Assembly: GCA_001661245.1 (NCBI GenBank)
Contig: KV454011.1
Span: forward strand, 960,426-1,024,425
Source of the DNA: Pachysolen tannophilus NRRL Y-2460
Lineage: Eukaryota
Length of the DNA: 64,000 nucleotides
Reading direction: 5' to 3'
The number at the start of each line of letters is the position of its first letter. The stretch's first letter is position 1. Below, in pieces: positions 1 to 11,234 of the stretch. Under the pieces are notes generated by a model, which worked only from the letters and a program-made list of their open reading frames with translations, had not been told where the DNA came from and made no database searches. The position numbers and the translations under genes were made by a program.

Positions 1-1494
1 GATTTAGCAGTACAAACTAAAAATTCTTTAGAAAAAGTTTGGATGGATTCAAAAACTTCAATAAGAAATAATAAAATTGTTTTAGTAACTGGTAAGATTC
101 CTATTCGTGCTCAGTTACAAGCTTTTCAAGGCCATGAAAAACCACCGATTGTTGTGGCAACACCTGGTAGATTTATTGATTTAATTGAAAATGAACCAGC
201 TTTCACTAATGCAATGAAAAACGTTCAGAACGTTGTTATTGATGAAGCTGATGAATTATTGAGTCAAAATTTTAAATCTGATTTGGAATCAATATTTGGT
301 ACTTTGAAAAAATTAAGTGAAAATGAATCAGATGTCAAATTTAAGACTTTTTTATTTAGTGCAACCATGTCCAATAATGTGTATGAATTAGCTGATAATG
401 TTATTGGTGAAGGATATGAGTTTATTGATGCCAATAAAGGTGAATCTACTGAAGTTAACAAGAACATCAAGCAGTCCTTAGTTGTTACTAACTCTATTTT
501 TGAAAGTTATGCTTCTGCATTACAATTTATTAAATCTAAAGTTGAAAATCCAGATTTTAAACCAATTATTTTTTTACCAAATACTTATAGTGTTGATTTT
601 TTCCATGATTTATTATTTAAATATTTGAAGCAACAAGAAAATGTTCCATCTTATATGCTTCCTCAAGTTTTAAAAATTCATGGTAAATTAACTCAAGGTG
701 AACGTAATCGTGCTCAACGTGGTTTCAGAGGTGAAATGCAAACTGATAGATATGATAGATATTCAAGAGGTAAGAAACAACAACCTCAAAAAGCTAGATC
801 ATCAATCTTGGTTGCTTCAAATGTTGTCTCTAGAGGAATGGATTTTCCAAATGTTACCCACGTTATCCAAATTGGTGTTAACCCAGATTTATCCAACTAT
901 ACCCATAGAGTTGGTAGAACCGGTAGAGCAGGTAAAGAAGGTCATTCCTTATTGATTTCTACCGATTTTGAAATGCCATTTGTTAAGAAGTTGATTGAGC
1001 ATGGTAATGAGTTCCAAGAAGAGTTAACATACGAGAAAAATGAAGAACAAGAACAAATAATTAAAGAGTGTGCTAAAGGAATGAATTTCGAAGAAATTGC
1101 AAGTGTTAATCTTGGCGTTTATACCAACTTACCGTCAAGATATGGTGCTATCAAGAAAAGAGATTATATCAAAGGTTGTTCTGACTTATACAGGGATTTA
1201 CAAGTTGATCCAGAAGAACACGATAAACCATTTTTATCCAGGTCAGTAGCTCAAAGATTAGGTATGAATGATTCATATTCTTCCAAATACTTCAACATTG
1301 GAAGAAGAACTAGCGGATACCAACAAGATGATTATGATCAAGGTTTCAGTAGCAACAATAATGATAATTATGGTAAAAATAGATTCTCCAGTAATAACAA
1401 CTCTTATGAATCAAAGTATTCTAGCGATTCAAGGGGTTATAATAGTTCGAGAAACAGCAGTTCAAGAAATGACAGTTCAAGAAACAAATATTAG
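1..1494 (+). CDS. MSS116: Mitochondrial DEAD-box RNA helicase, 5' end truncated by the window edge
   Basis: Frame is open from base 1 (DLAVQ, the end of motif Ia). Motifs VATPGR, DEAD, FSAT, SRGMDF and HRVGRTGRAG are present, followed by an R/S/N-rich tail. Lies next to CBS2/RKM2/CAB5 as in S. cerevisiae. Confidence 0.85.
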   Translation, partial: DLAVQTKNSLEKVWMDSKTSIRNNKIVLVTGKIPIRAQLQAFQGHEKPPIVVATPGRFIDLIENEPAFTNAMKNVQNVVIDEADELLSQNFKSDLESIFGTLKKLSENESDVKFKTFLFSATMSNNVYELADNVIGEGYEFIDANKGESTEVNKNIKQSLVVTNSIFESYASALQFIKSKVENPDFKPIIFLPNTYSVDFFHDLLFKYLKQQENVPSYMLPQVLKIHGKLTQGERNRAQRGFRGEMQTDRYDRYSRGKKQQPQKARSSILVASNVVSRGMDFPNVTHVIQIGVNPDLSNYTHRVGRTGRAGKEGHSLLISTDFEMPFVKKLIEHGNEFQEELTYEKNEEQEQIIKECAKGMNFEEIASVNLGVYTNLPSRYGAIKKRDYIKGCSDLYRDLQVDPEEHDKPFLSRSVAQRLGMNDSYSSKYFNIGRRTSGYQQDDYDQGFSSNNNDNYGKNRFSSNNNSYESKYSSDSRGYNSSRNSSSRNDSSRNKY

Positions 1495-1699
1495 GGCTAG
1501 TTCAACGCATCGTTTTGTAAAATAGTTGGTTATATTATATATCTTTTCAGTTTAGTTCCAAGTCTTGTATATAGCTATTAAAAGAATAGTAAAAGAATTA
1601 AGTCGTGTGTAGAAGTTTTTTCTCTATTTTATACCAAATTTTTAAATGAAAATATAGTTGAAGAAGTTGATATTTGGATATTGAAAGTGTGTATGGAAG

Positions 1700-2803
1700 A
1701 TGTTTCCGTCCAAGGTCTATGTATTGGGAGTGGGGAGTATAGGTTGTCTTGTTTCAACGCAGCTTGCAAAGATTTCGGATAGGCAAATTGTATTGTTATT
1801 GAAAGATGAATTAACTTTGAACAAGTTTTTAAATAATGAATCAACTTTAAGATATGAAAATTTGATAAATTTGAGGAACCCAATAATACAAGATTTTAAA
1901 TTTAAAGCTCTTTCAAGTGTTCCTAAGAACCAGTTTGGCAAAGTAGATTTTATTGAAAATTTAATAGTGACTACGAAATCGTATCAAACTTTACGAGGTT
2001 TAGAAAAATTTCTTCCAGCATTAAATAAGAATTCCAAAGTTTTATTTATACAAAATGGACTTGGTGTGATAGATAAATTAAATGAGACCTTATTTCTGGA
2101 TCCAGAGACAAGACCACAATTTTACCAAGGTATAATAAGTCATGGTGCTTTTAGACAGAAAAAATTTGCTGTAAAACATGTTGGACTAGGTGATTTGAAA
2201 ATAGCAGCTCTTCCGAGGACGATTCCAACCTTTAATCAACAAGAAGAATTTGTCAATAGCACTGAATCTGAGCAGAATTTAGTTCCAGATTTTATTCAAG
2301 ATATAATAAAGACACCAATATTAAATGCTCAATACTTAGATTATGAAGATCTCCTTGTAACTCAATATGAAAAATTAATTATTAATTCATGCATAAACCC
2401 AATAACTGCAATATTAGATTCGTTTAATGGAGAATTATTGAAAATTGAAGAAATGTATCCAATTTTCAGCAAGATAATACAAGAATGTATAGATGTATTA
2501 ACGAAATCCAATTTGAATACTATTCGGAATCATCAAAATTTCAACATATTATTAAATAAGGAAAGACTTATCAATGTTGTTTTCAAAGTACTGGAAAAGA
2601 CTTCTAGAAATTCATCATCCATGAGAGAAGATATCAGATCATTGAATGAAACAGAAATAGATTATGTAAATGGCTACGTTGTTGAATTAGGTAAGAAGTA
2701 CAATGTTTATACACCTTACAACAGACTTATCTGTGATTTGGTAAAGGCTAAATTATCATTAAATGTTTATAGAAATAATGATGCCATTAAGATGACATTA
2801 TGA
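1700..2803 (+). CDS. CBS2: Ketopantoate-reductase-fold (ApbA/PanE) protein at the CBS2 syntenic position
   Basis: KPR motifs GVGSIG, TTKSY, QNG, EKLIINSCINP, SSSMREDI and ETEIDYVNG. Cbs2-like segments IVLLLKDELTLNKFLNNES and IENLIV. Neighbours are MSS116, RKM2 and CAB5. PAN5 is the alternative name. Confidence 0.65.
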   Translation: MFPSKVYVLGVGSIGCLVSTQLAKISDRQIVLLLKDELTLNKFLNNESTLRYENLINLRNPIIQDFKFKALSSVPKNQFGKVDFIENLIVTTKSYQTLRGLEKFLPALNKNSKVLFIQNGLGVIDKLNETLFLDPETRPQFYQGIISHGAFRQKKFAVKHVGLGDLKIAALPRTIPTFNQQEEFVNSTESEQNLVPDFIQDIIKTPILNAQYLDYEDLLVTQYEKLIINSCINPITAILDSFNGELLKIEEMYPIFSKIIQECIDVLTKSNLNTIRNHQNFNILLNKERLINVVFKVLEKTSRNSSSMREDIRSLNETEIDYVNGYVVELGKKYNVYTPYNRLICDLVKAKLSLNVYRNNDAIKMTL

Positions 2804-2832
2804 ATATGTATGTAATTAAATACACAATTTAT

Positions 2833-4158
2833 TTATAAAATTTCTAATTCTTTTAAATGATTAGTAGCTATATCAAAAATATCTTGATTTAATCTTTCTA
2901 TTAAAAATGATCTGTTGTCACTATCAATTTGAGAAAAGTTTAAAAATGGTTTACAATCTTCAATTGTTTTATTTAATAGATTTGATAAAATTTTCGTCCT
3001 TTCCTTTCTATAATGGGAGCCATCTGTCATCCCTTCAATGAATAGTTTCAAGTTTTTAGAGTTTATATCTTTTTCTGATAATACTGCCAATGCAATTTCA
3101 ATTCTAAAAGAAATATCAGTTGTGGTAATGAAATAATTGTCATAATAATCTATTTTCTTTAAAAACAGTATTTTCTCTGGATTTTTTTCAAACAATGCTA
3201 ATATTTCTTTTGATAAATCAATACAGTTCCAACGGTTTTCATTCCTATTTAACAAGAAACCGTATTCACAAAGTAAAAATTCATTTGAATGAGGCCCATA
3301 ACTCAAATAAATTTGGCTTCGTGGTTTATAAATCAATCCACTATAGATTTTAAAAGCATTTGTAACCTTGACAAAGCAGTTTTCTTCGACATCATGGTTT
3401 AAAAAATCTACAAATGGTACCATTGTAAAATTATCTTCATTTTTTTGATTCAATTTTTCATCAAGCTTCATATACAAGCATCGGGAATTACAACATAACC
3501 AGAATCTTAAAAATAAATCTTTAGGTAAATATCTTTCAATATCATTATCTATTTTAGAATCAATTAATTCACAAAGAGATTTGAAATCTTTATTAAACTT
3601 ATTAAATTGCTTCAATGAGTGATCTCTTGCAGTTAATGGCAATTTTTCAAAATAATCATCATCTCCATTAATTAGCCATGTAAACGGTATATTGGAAAAA
3701 TCTTCTAATCCAGGCAATACATCAAAAAATGGTTGCCACCATGATTCAATACCTCTTTTGAACTCAATTGTAAGAAAGAAGCTTACCAACTGGAAAGATG
3801 ATAACTGAATTAACTCATCATATGTCAATTTTTTGTACAAATCTGTATATATGCTGTCATTCCCTAATTCTAGATCCTCCTGACTTCTGAGAACTTCATC
3901 ATATTTAGGAGTCCCGAATATAACAAATGATTGTGGGTCACTATTGAATTTCCTTAAAAACAGTAATATTGTGATAAAATTTAAGTTATATTTGGATGGT
4001 ATAGATATCAACAATTCATTTTTAAAAATTTTGTCTGTTGAGTAAATTGAATTACCTTGTTCTTTAGTATTGATTAGGGCCAATTTCGGCGATATAAAAG
4101 TTTTCTTATCTGATTTCAACCAGTCAACAAGTTTATCAGGTTTATCTTCTTTGCTCAT
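2833..4158 (-). CDS. RKM2: SET-domain ribosomal protein lysine methyltransferase
   Basis: Motifs CNSRCLYM, MVPFVDFLNH and YLSYGPHSNEFLLCEYGF. Syntenic with CBS2 and CAB5. Confidence 0.85.
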   Translation of the reverse strand: MSKEDKPDKLVDWLKSDKKTFISPKLALINTKEQGNSIYSTDKIFKNELLISIPSKYNLNFITILLFLRKFNSDPQSFVIFGTPKYDEVLRSQEDLELGNDSIYTDLYKKLTYDELIQLSSFQLVSFFLTIEFKRGIESWWQPFFDVLPGLEDFSNIPFTWLINGDDDYFEKLPLTARDHSLKQFNKFNKDFKSLCELIDSKIDNDIERYLPKDLFLRFWLCCNSRCLYMKLDEKLNQKNEDNFTMVPFVDFLNHDVEENCFVKVTNAFKIYSGLIYKPRSQIYLSYGPHSNEFLLCEYGFLLNRNENRWNCIDLSKEILALFEKNPEKILFLKKIDYYDNYFITTTDISFRIEIALAVLSEKDINSKNLKLFIEGMTDGSHYRKERTKILSNLLNKTIEDCKPFLNFSQIDSDNRSFLIERLNQDIFDIATNHLKELEIL

Positions 4159-4243
4159 TATTATTTGTATTCCCCTGAATAAAAAGAAAACTTATCAATT
4201 TAAATTAACCTATTATTTTATAAAGTTGGAGAGAGAATTAAAA

Positions 4244-4984
4244 ATGCTAATTGTTGGATTAACTGGAGGCATCGCATCGGGAAAAAGTACAGTCTCAACA
4301 AGGTTATCATCGACTTATAGTTTGACCGTAATAGATGCTGATAAAATAGCAAGAGAAGTGGTGGAACCAAAGAAACCAGCGTATAATGAAGTAGTCAAGT
4401 ATTTTGAGCCATTAGTTCCAAACTTGTTGAACGAGGATGGATCACTTAATAGACTGGAATTAGGAAAATTCGTCTTTCAAAACAAACAGCATTTGACCAA
4501 GTTAAACTCTATAGTTCATCCTGCTGTGAGAAAGGAGATTTTTATTCGAATACTAAAAGCATGGTTCACATTGAAGAAATTAGTCATATTAGATATTCCA
4601 TTGTTATTCGAAAGTGGAATGGATAAGATTTGTGGATTAACGTTGTTGGTATCATGTCCTAGAGAATTACAATTGCAAAGACTATTGGAAAGAAATCCAG
4701 AATTGACATTAGAAGATGCTGAAAATAGAATCAGAAATCAAATGTCCAACGAATTGAAGATACTGAAAAGTGATAAAGTCTTGAAAAATGACCAGGATTT
4801 AAAAAATTTATATGACCAGATAGAGACTGTATTGAAGGAAATCACACCGTCAACTTTCAAGACTTATCTCTATGCTTTCATTCCTCCAGTAGGGGCATTA
4901 GCAGCTGGAATTACTGTGCTTGTTAGATATTTTAAAAATCAGTTTGCAAACAAGAACGAAATTAAAAAGATTGAATATATATAA
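4244..4984 (+). CDS. CAB5: Dephospho-CoA kinase
   Basis: ATG at 4244 gives MLIVGLTGGIASGKST (P-loop), then IDADKIAR, LNSIVHPAV, LDIPLLFE and a hydrophobic C-terminal tail. The track's 58-aa N-terminal extension is spurious. Confidence 0.93.
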   Translation: MLIVGLTGGIASGKSTVSTRLSSTYSLTVIDADKIAREVVEPKKPAYNEVVKYFEPLVPNLLNEDGSLNRLELGKFVFQNKQHLTKLNSIVHPAVRKEIFIRILKAWFTLKKLVILDIPLLFESGMDKICGLTLLVSCPRELQLQRLLERNPELTLEDAENRIRNQMSNELKILKSDKVLKNDQDLKNLYDQIETVLKEITPSTFKTYLYAFIPPVGALAAGITVLVRYFKNQFANKNEIKKIEYI

Positions 4985-5067
4985 TTTATACAACAATAGA
5001 TTTTCTATAAAATTTCTATAAATTAAGTTTTGAAGGATTATGATATTCTAAATTAATCGATTTTATT

Positions 5068-8000
5068 TCACCTTTTCATAAAATCTTCTTCTACGATATT
5101 TGACTTTTGACACAGTTCTTGGAAAATTCCTCCATTTAGATTGAATAAGTTCCAAGGTGTGTCAAATTCTCTTACTGCACCTTTATCCAAGACTAGTATC
5201 TTATCATAGTCAAGAATAGTCTTTAAACGATGAGCAATACATAATATGGTACAATGACCAAACTCTTTTACAATTGTATCCTGAATCTTTGCATCTGTCT
5301 CATAATCAACAGATGATGTTGCTTCATCCAAAATTAATATTTTTGAATTCCTAACCAATGCTCTTGCCAAGGCAATCATTTGCTTTTCACCCAAAGAGAA
5401 ATTTGAACCATTTTCTTCTACAACTTGGTCTAAATGGAACTTATGCAAGTTTTCATTGTTATATTCCTGTCTCTTAACCTGATCCAACTGATTATACTCG
5501 ATAACTCCACTTCTTCTAAGTGCTTCCCATAATTTATCATCTTCTTCTTGGACAAAAGGGTCCAAATTCTCCCTCAATGTGCCTTGTATTAATACAGGAT
5601 CTTGAGGAATGATAGATAACTTGGACCGTAAAGTTTTTAAGCCTAGCCTGCTAATGTTTATATCATCAATGAATATATCACCACCATTGAGCTCACATAA
5701 TCTATATAAAGCAGTGGTTATAGAAGATTTACCAGCACCTGTTCTTCCACATATACCGATTTTCTGACCCGGCTTAACTTCAAAAGTTATACCATTTAGA
5801 ACATGAGGCAATCCTGGTCTATATGCCATGTAGACACTGTTAAAGATTATACCTCCATTCTGTGGCCATTCTGATGGTGGTGTAGTTTCTGTAATTTCAG
5901 ACGGAGCTTCTTGTGGTAAATCATAAGCATAGTCACATAATCTCTCTACAGAATTGAACAGATTATTTACCAGAGTATAAGATTTTATCAAAACAGCCAA
6001 CGATCCAGAAATCTGCAAAACGTACGACGTTAACAATCCTACCCCTGCAGAACTAATGTTGAAAGATTTGGTTGCACATAGCAACGTAATGATTAAGACA
6101 AAAAATGAGCCGACTGTATGTAAATTAATGGCTAACCATCTTTGATTGGCAATACTAACATAATATGCTTCGTTCATTTTGTCAATTAATCTGTTGTTTT
6201 TGTTTAAAAACATCGATTCGGCATTATAAGCTTTGATTGTATCCATACCAGTCAAAGTTTCGTTGAAATTGTTATACACAAATGATCTCTGGATGGATTC
6301 GATTCTCTTAATTTCACTAGCTGATGCCGAGTAAAAGTTAGCGCAGGTCAAGTAAAAACCAACTAAGAATGGAACAGCAATTGCAAACCATGGTAAGTAG
6401 ACAATACACAATATAATTATACCTATGATACTTGAAAATGAAAATACAAGAATTCTCGCCTGCTCTGCCATCTCGTTATCCAAAACATCTGTATCTTTAG
6501 TGAATCTATTCAAAACTTGGCCCATCGGTGTTGTATCCAAAAACCACATTGGTGTGTGTAAGATTTTCTTTAAAGACATTATATTTAAATTCTTTGATGC
6601 TCTATTAGTAATGTATGCTAACATGCAAAACTCAAGTAAAGTCAATATAACTGTAACACATGTCAACATAACGTAGATGCCAATGTAAAAAGCATTTGAC
6701 TTTGGAAACTTCGAAGTTGTCCAGTATGATAACCAGACATTTGTGAATAACTGAGCAAATGTAGCAAGAGCGGTTATCATTATGAATAAGGGGAATGCTG
6801 AATATCCAAATACACCAGAACCGAGATTAATATATCTACTGAAGACTTTCAATTTTATCCCATTCGCACCTCTACTTTCAGCTTTCGTTAATCTTCCATC
6901 ATTGATTTCTTTATTATAATTTTCATTTTGGATTGTCTGCTTTTTGACTAATTTATTGTCTTGTTCTAACTCATCTTCTAACTCACCCTCTTCATTTTGT
7001 TCAGAATCTTTGATTTCCGTATTAAATTCCATCAATTTCAAAAAATTTGGATTCGTCTCTTTCAATTCATCAACAGTTCCTACACTTGCTGTTCCATCAC
7101 CATTTAAAAAAATGACTCTATCAGCAGATCTAATTAATGATAATTGATGAGTTGCTAAAACCCTAGTGCTATTTTTCAAGAGTCCGTCTAAACAATTGTC
7201 CATGATATGCTTACCAACTCTAGCATCTACTGCACTAAGTACATCATCCAACAAGATTATATCCTTGTTAGCATACACTGCTCTTGCTAAACTTATTCTG
7301 GCCTTTTGGCCACCAGATAAAGTAATTCCTCTTTCTCCAATTTCAGTTCTATCGCCATTTGGTAGCATGCTCAAGTCACTTTCCAAAGAACATGCATATA
7401 TGATTTCTTTATACCTAGTTTCATCATATTTCTTGCCAAACAAGATATTATCCTTGACTGTTGAGTTTTGAATCCATGGATAGCCACATAATAACAATGA
7501 TCCATTTATTTCCACAGAACCTTCTATCATGTTCATGAAACCTGCTAATGCATTTAAAAGTGATGATTTACCACTACCTACTAAACCAGTAACAATAATA
7601 AATTCTCCTTTTCTAATCTTTAAATTGATATTATTCAAGCCTGGGAAAGCTGTTTGCATTAAAGAATCAATGGAGTTTCTGGTTTGTAATTTGATGTCAC
7701 TTTTGTTATTTGCATTTCTCTTGAGTGATAACTGTCTTGTAAGTTGTTGTTCCAACTTTGCAATTTCTTGAATCTTCCTCTCCTCTTTTTGTTCGTTTGT
7801 TTCAAAATTTTCCCATTCAAAACTTGCATTGTTCGCTTCAATAGCAACATTTTGATCATTTTCAGGATAATCCTGTGGAGTATCATTGTTATGTTCATGA
7901 CTGTCAGTCACCTCACCACTCTGCAAATACTGTCTAATTCTGTCTAATCCTATAAGACCATCTGCAGTTGTGGATAAAGCCAAGGGTAAAATAGTGATTT

Positions 8001-9384
8001 GCTGAGATAACACATTGAATAATGTTAGAGATGTAAATATTTTTGCATTACTCTTTAATCCATCAACAGCGTATAATACTAAGAAAGCAGCTAAAGATGA
8101 TATGACAGGTAACGAAACAGCAAGAGCAGTAACAAAATTTCTTAAAACTTGCATTTGGAATATAATATTCATTTCCTTGGATCTAATGGAAGAAATATTA
8201 TTGTGAAGCGATTCTTGCCAAGAATAGTATTTAATTATTTTCAAATTGTTCAACAATTCTTTAATATGATTTACTCTACCATCGGTAAAGATATTAGCTT
8301 TCTTCCTAAAAGCCAATAATCTTCTTGTTGTATATGCAATACCACAAGTGAGGATAATAAATACCCCCATTCCAGTTAGTGAAGACGGTCCAATATTACA
8401 TATAAGTAAAACTATTGTAATTACAACAGGGACAGGGAACGTTATAATAAAAGCCTGATATCCTAAAGCTAAATCGATTCTAGCTAAATCAGTCCCCATA
8501 AGAGCTGTAATTTTCCCACATGGGAAATCATGTTTTGCCTTGCCATTCAATTTAAAAGATTTATCAAGTAAAACTTTTGTCAATACAGCTTTTATTTGAG
8601 CACCCAAGAGAGAAGCATCATGGAAATAATGAGTTAATAAAAGACCTCTAATCCATACCACCACAGTACAGCCTATAGCGTAACCTATACCTTTCAGGAC
8701 CGACTGATTAGAATCCAAAACTTGCATTTCAACAAAGTTAATTAAAGCTTTAGAAAGTAAAGGATTAAGTGAAATCGCAATATCTCCCGTTGCCTTTAAA
8801 GCTAAACTTTTCAAATATTGGAATTTAAAAGTTTGAAATAAAGACAGTAACACAATATTTTTTGGAAACAGAAAATCTTCAAACTCGGGATTAATTTCCA
8901 AATTATCTAGTTTGAATAAATTAAGCTCATTTATTTCTATATTATTAATTTCCAAGTATTCTCTTTTGGCCTTATCTACTCTTCTATTGAACTCTTTATA
9001 AAATTTTCCAGTCATATATTCAATAGTCAATTCACCTTCAAGGTAATATAAATCGTTCGGCTCAATAGTTCTCTTATATCCTGTAATCATCAAGGGCATT
9101 AACCACCAAAAAAAAGTTCTCGAGATCACATTTGCTTTATACATGGGATAAGGCTGTCTTTCTTCAATTGATGTTGGAATAGGAGCAATTTTGTCTTTCC
9201 CAAAGATAAAACTGAAAAACCTTTTCTGAGGTTTTATTTCCAACTGTTGTTCACTATCCACAGTAACATCATTAGCTGATATATAAGAAGAACCAGTATC
9301 TAAATCGGATGAACCACTAGTCAACTTAACCTCCTCTTCAACCTCAAATTTTTCAAATTTACTACTATCTTTCTCATTATCCAT
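5068..9384 (-). CDS. YOR1: ABCC/MRP-family ABC transporter, oligomycin-resistance type
   Basis: TMD-NBD-TMD-NBD layout. NBD1 has GLVGSGKS and LSGGQKAR; NBD2 has GRTGAGKS and NFSLGEKQ. Yor1-type segments FWWLMPL..GYKRTI and HKFHLDQVVEE. Confidence 0.88.
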   Translation of the reverse strand: MDNEKDSSKFEKFEVEEEVKLTSGSSDLDTGSSYISANDVTVDSEQQLEIKPQKRFFSFIFGKDKIAPIPTSIEERQPYPMYKANVISRTFFWWLMPLMITGYKRTIEPNDLYYLEGELTIEYMTGKFYKEFNRRVDKAKREYLEINNIEINELNLFKLDNLEINPEFEDFLFPKNIVLLSLFQTFKFQYLKSLALKATGDIAISLNPLLSKALINFVEMQVLDSNQSVLKGIGYAIGCTVVVWIRGLLLTHYFHDASLLGAQIKAVLTKVLLDKSFKLNGKAKHDFPCGKITALMGTDLARIDLALGYQAFIITFPVPVVITIVLLICNIGPSSLTGMGVFIILTCGIAYTTRRLLAFRKKANIFTDGRVNHIKELLNNLKIIKYYSWQESLHNNISSIRSKEMNIIFQMQVLRNFVTALAVSLPVISSLAAFLVLYAVDGLKSNAKIFTSLTLFNVLSQQITILPLALSTTADGLIGLDRIRQYLQSGEVTDSHEHNNDTPQDYPENDQNVAIEANNASFEWENFETNEQKEERKIQEIAKLEQQLTRQLSLKRNANNKSDIKLQTRNSIDSLMQTAFPGLNNINLKIRKGEFIIVTGLVGSGKSSLLNALAGFMNMIEGSVEINGSLLLCGYPWIQNSTVKDNILFGKKYDETRYKEIIYACSLESDLSMLPNGDRTEIGERGITLSGGQKARISLARAVYANKDIILLDDVLSAVDARVGKHIMDNCLDGLLKNSTRVLATHQLSLIRSADRVIFLNGDGTASVGTVDELKETNPNFLKLMEFNTEIKDSEQNEEGELEDELEQDNKLVKKQTIQNENYNKEINDGRLTKAESRGANGIKLKVFSRYINLGSGVFGYSAFPLFIMITALATFAQLFTNVWLSYWTTSKFPKSNAFYIGIYVMLTCVTVILTLLEFCMLAYITNRASKNLNIMSLKKILHTPMWFLDTTPMGQVLNRFTKDTDVLDNEMAEQARILVFSFSSIIGIIILCIVYLPWFAIAVPFLVGFYLTCANFYSASASEIKRIESIQRSFVYNNFNETLTGMDTIKAYNAESMFLNKNNRLIDKMNEAYYVSIANQRWLAINLHTVGSFFVLIITLLCATKSFNISSAGVGLLTSYVLQISGSLAVLIKSYTLVNNLFNSVERLCDYAYDLPQEAPSEITETTPPSEWPQNGGIIFNSVYMAYRPGLPHVLNGITFEVKPGQKIGICGRTGAGKSSITTALYRLCELNGGDIFIDDINISRLGLKTLRSKLSIIPQDPVLIQGTLRENLDPFVQEEDDKLWEALRRSGVIEYNQLDQVKRQEYNNENLHKFHLDQVVEENGSNFSLGEKQMIALARALVRNSKILILDEATSSVDYETDAKIQDTIVKEFGHCTILCIAHRLKTILDYDKILVLDKGAVREFDTPWNLFNLNGGIFQELCQKSNIVEEDFMKR

Positions 9385-10311
9385 TTTCCTCTCTTCCTTT
9401 TCCTTTTCTTTTCCCTTCTTTTATAGTAGTTTTGTTCCAAGTTCACAACAACAAGAGTACCCACTCCATTAGCATTAGCAAGAACAACGACAACCTCAGC
9501 TGGAAAGTGTCGAAAAAAAAAAAAAGAAGATCTCTTCATCATGGATATCTCAATGTTATATGAAGCACAGAGATCTGCATGAAAAAAAAATATGGAATAA
9601 AATGTAGCAGGTATCCGAGATACAATCAACCGATACAGGAAAGTTGAATTGAAAATTCCGATTAGTTGAGCTCTTTCTGCTCCTTTTCTTTGGTCCAGCG
9701 GAAGGCTTCAACTCCTGTATCTACTATATCTGCGTAACAGCTTTAACTGATGTATGAAAATTCTGCTTTCTTGGTCTCTTAATACATAAAATGAAATGTG
9801 AACTTTTAATTTGACAATACCCATTTTTTTTTATTTTTATTTGATACAATTGACTTCTAGTTCTCAGTCATCATTTAATCAATTGAAATAAAAGCGAGAG
9901 TTTGCCAGCAAACTCCAAATTTTATTGAAGTTTGAAAGTTGATCAAGTCTCTGTAGAAATAGATATTAGTTGATTAGTTATATACGGTATTAAAAATAAC
10001 TAACTTCTTTTCCAATTTAAGGAATTCTGTAGATAGGACAAATTCGGCCGAAATCCAACTAGATAATATCTAAATGCTAAATGTCTGTAAACGCACTGAT
10101 CGAACATCTTTTCGTTACCGTAAAGAGTTGACCAATAACCGGTATCTATCTATTCGATGTAAAAGCCGGCGATATCCAGATGGTACAATAATTCTATTTT
10201 CTTTTTTTTTTTTCTCAGGTTTCCTAGTTTTTTACTATTGCTAATTGGAATTACTTATTCATTTGAGTTGAGAATTCAACAATACAACCCGTATTTAGCT
10301 CGAGACAGATT

Positions 10312-10989
10312 ATGTCAGAAATAGATTTTATTAATCCTGAGCCACCTTTTTTCAATGACCATGATGAAGTATCTGATGAAACATTTGAGGTACTAAAAGC
10401 CAGATGCTTGAAAGGTATGTTCTAAGTCAACTGATACTTGATACTTGACGAAATCGAATTAATTGAGATATATATTTTTTTAAAAAAAACTAAAACTAAC
10501 TTTATAACATATTTTCTTTTCGTTATAGCAAGAGAACTTTCATATTCTCCGTATTCCAAATTCAAGTATGTTAATAGCATTATTTAATATATAATATCGC
10601 CAAGAGTTTTGTTAACTAACTTTGCTGTTTTTTTTTTTTTTTTTTGAAGAGTATCATGTACGATTTTAACGGAAGATGGCGAATTCGTGGATGGAGCAAA
10701 TGTTGAAAATGCAAGCTACGGTGCTGCCATCTGTGCAGAGAGAACAGCAATTGTAAAAGCAGTGGTGGGCGGTAAAAGAAAATTCAAAGTTATGGCAATA
10801 TCAGGAGATACAAAATCTGTCATTACACCTTGTGGGATCTGTAGACAAGTTATTAGAGAATTCACACATCAAAAAGACTTAAAGCTACCAATTTACTTGT
10901 TCAACTGTGACGGAAGTTTGTTCATCAAAATGTACCTCAAAGACCTCTTACCATTGAGTTTTGGTCCAGAAGATTTGAACGCCATTTAA
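10312..10989 (+). CDS. CDD1: Cytidine deaminase; 3 exons (10312-10414, 10529-10565, 10650-10989)
   Basis: Splicing two introns (GTATGT..AACTAAC..TAG and GTATGT..AACTAAC..AAG) restores ARELSYSPYSKFKVSC..GANVENASY. Zinc motifs ICAERTA and PCGICRQ are present. Confidence 0.93.
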
Positions 10990-11234
10990 AAAGTTGAGTT
11001 CTCCAGCCTTTTTCCCTTCAGCCTTCTCCCTCTCCCAGGCACCGCTATCTCTTAGGCGGGATCTCCCGTGTTTTGATCTTTTTTTCCCGCCAAAAATTTT
11101 TTTTTTTTTCATTTTTTTTTTTATTTTGAACTCTCGTTTTAATTTACAGTGCATAAACCAAAATAGATAAGTTAACATATCATATATATATATATATATA
11201 TAAATTTATTGATGTAGATATCAAATAAATTGAT

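Noticed and set aside
4070..4243. N-terminal extension of CAB5 overlapping RKM2
   Set aside because: It relies on a non-ATG start, and family homology begins at ATG 4244.
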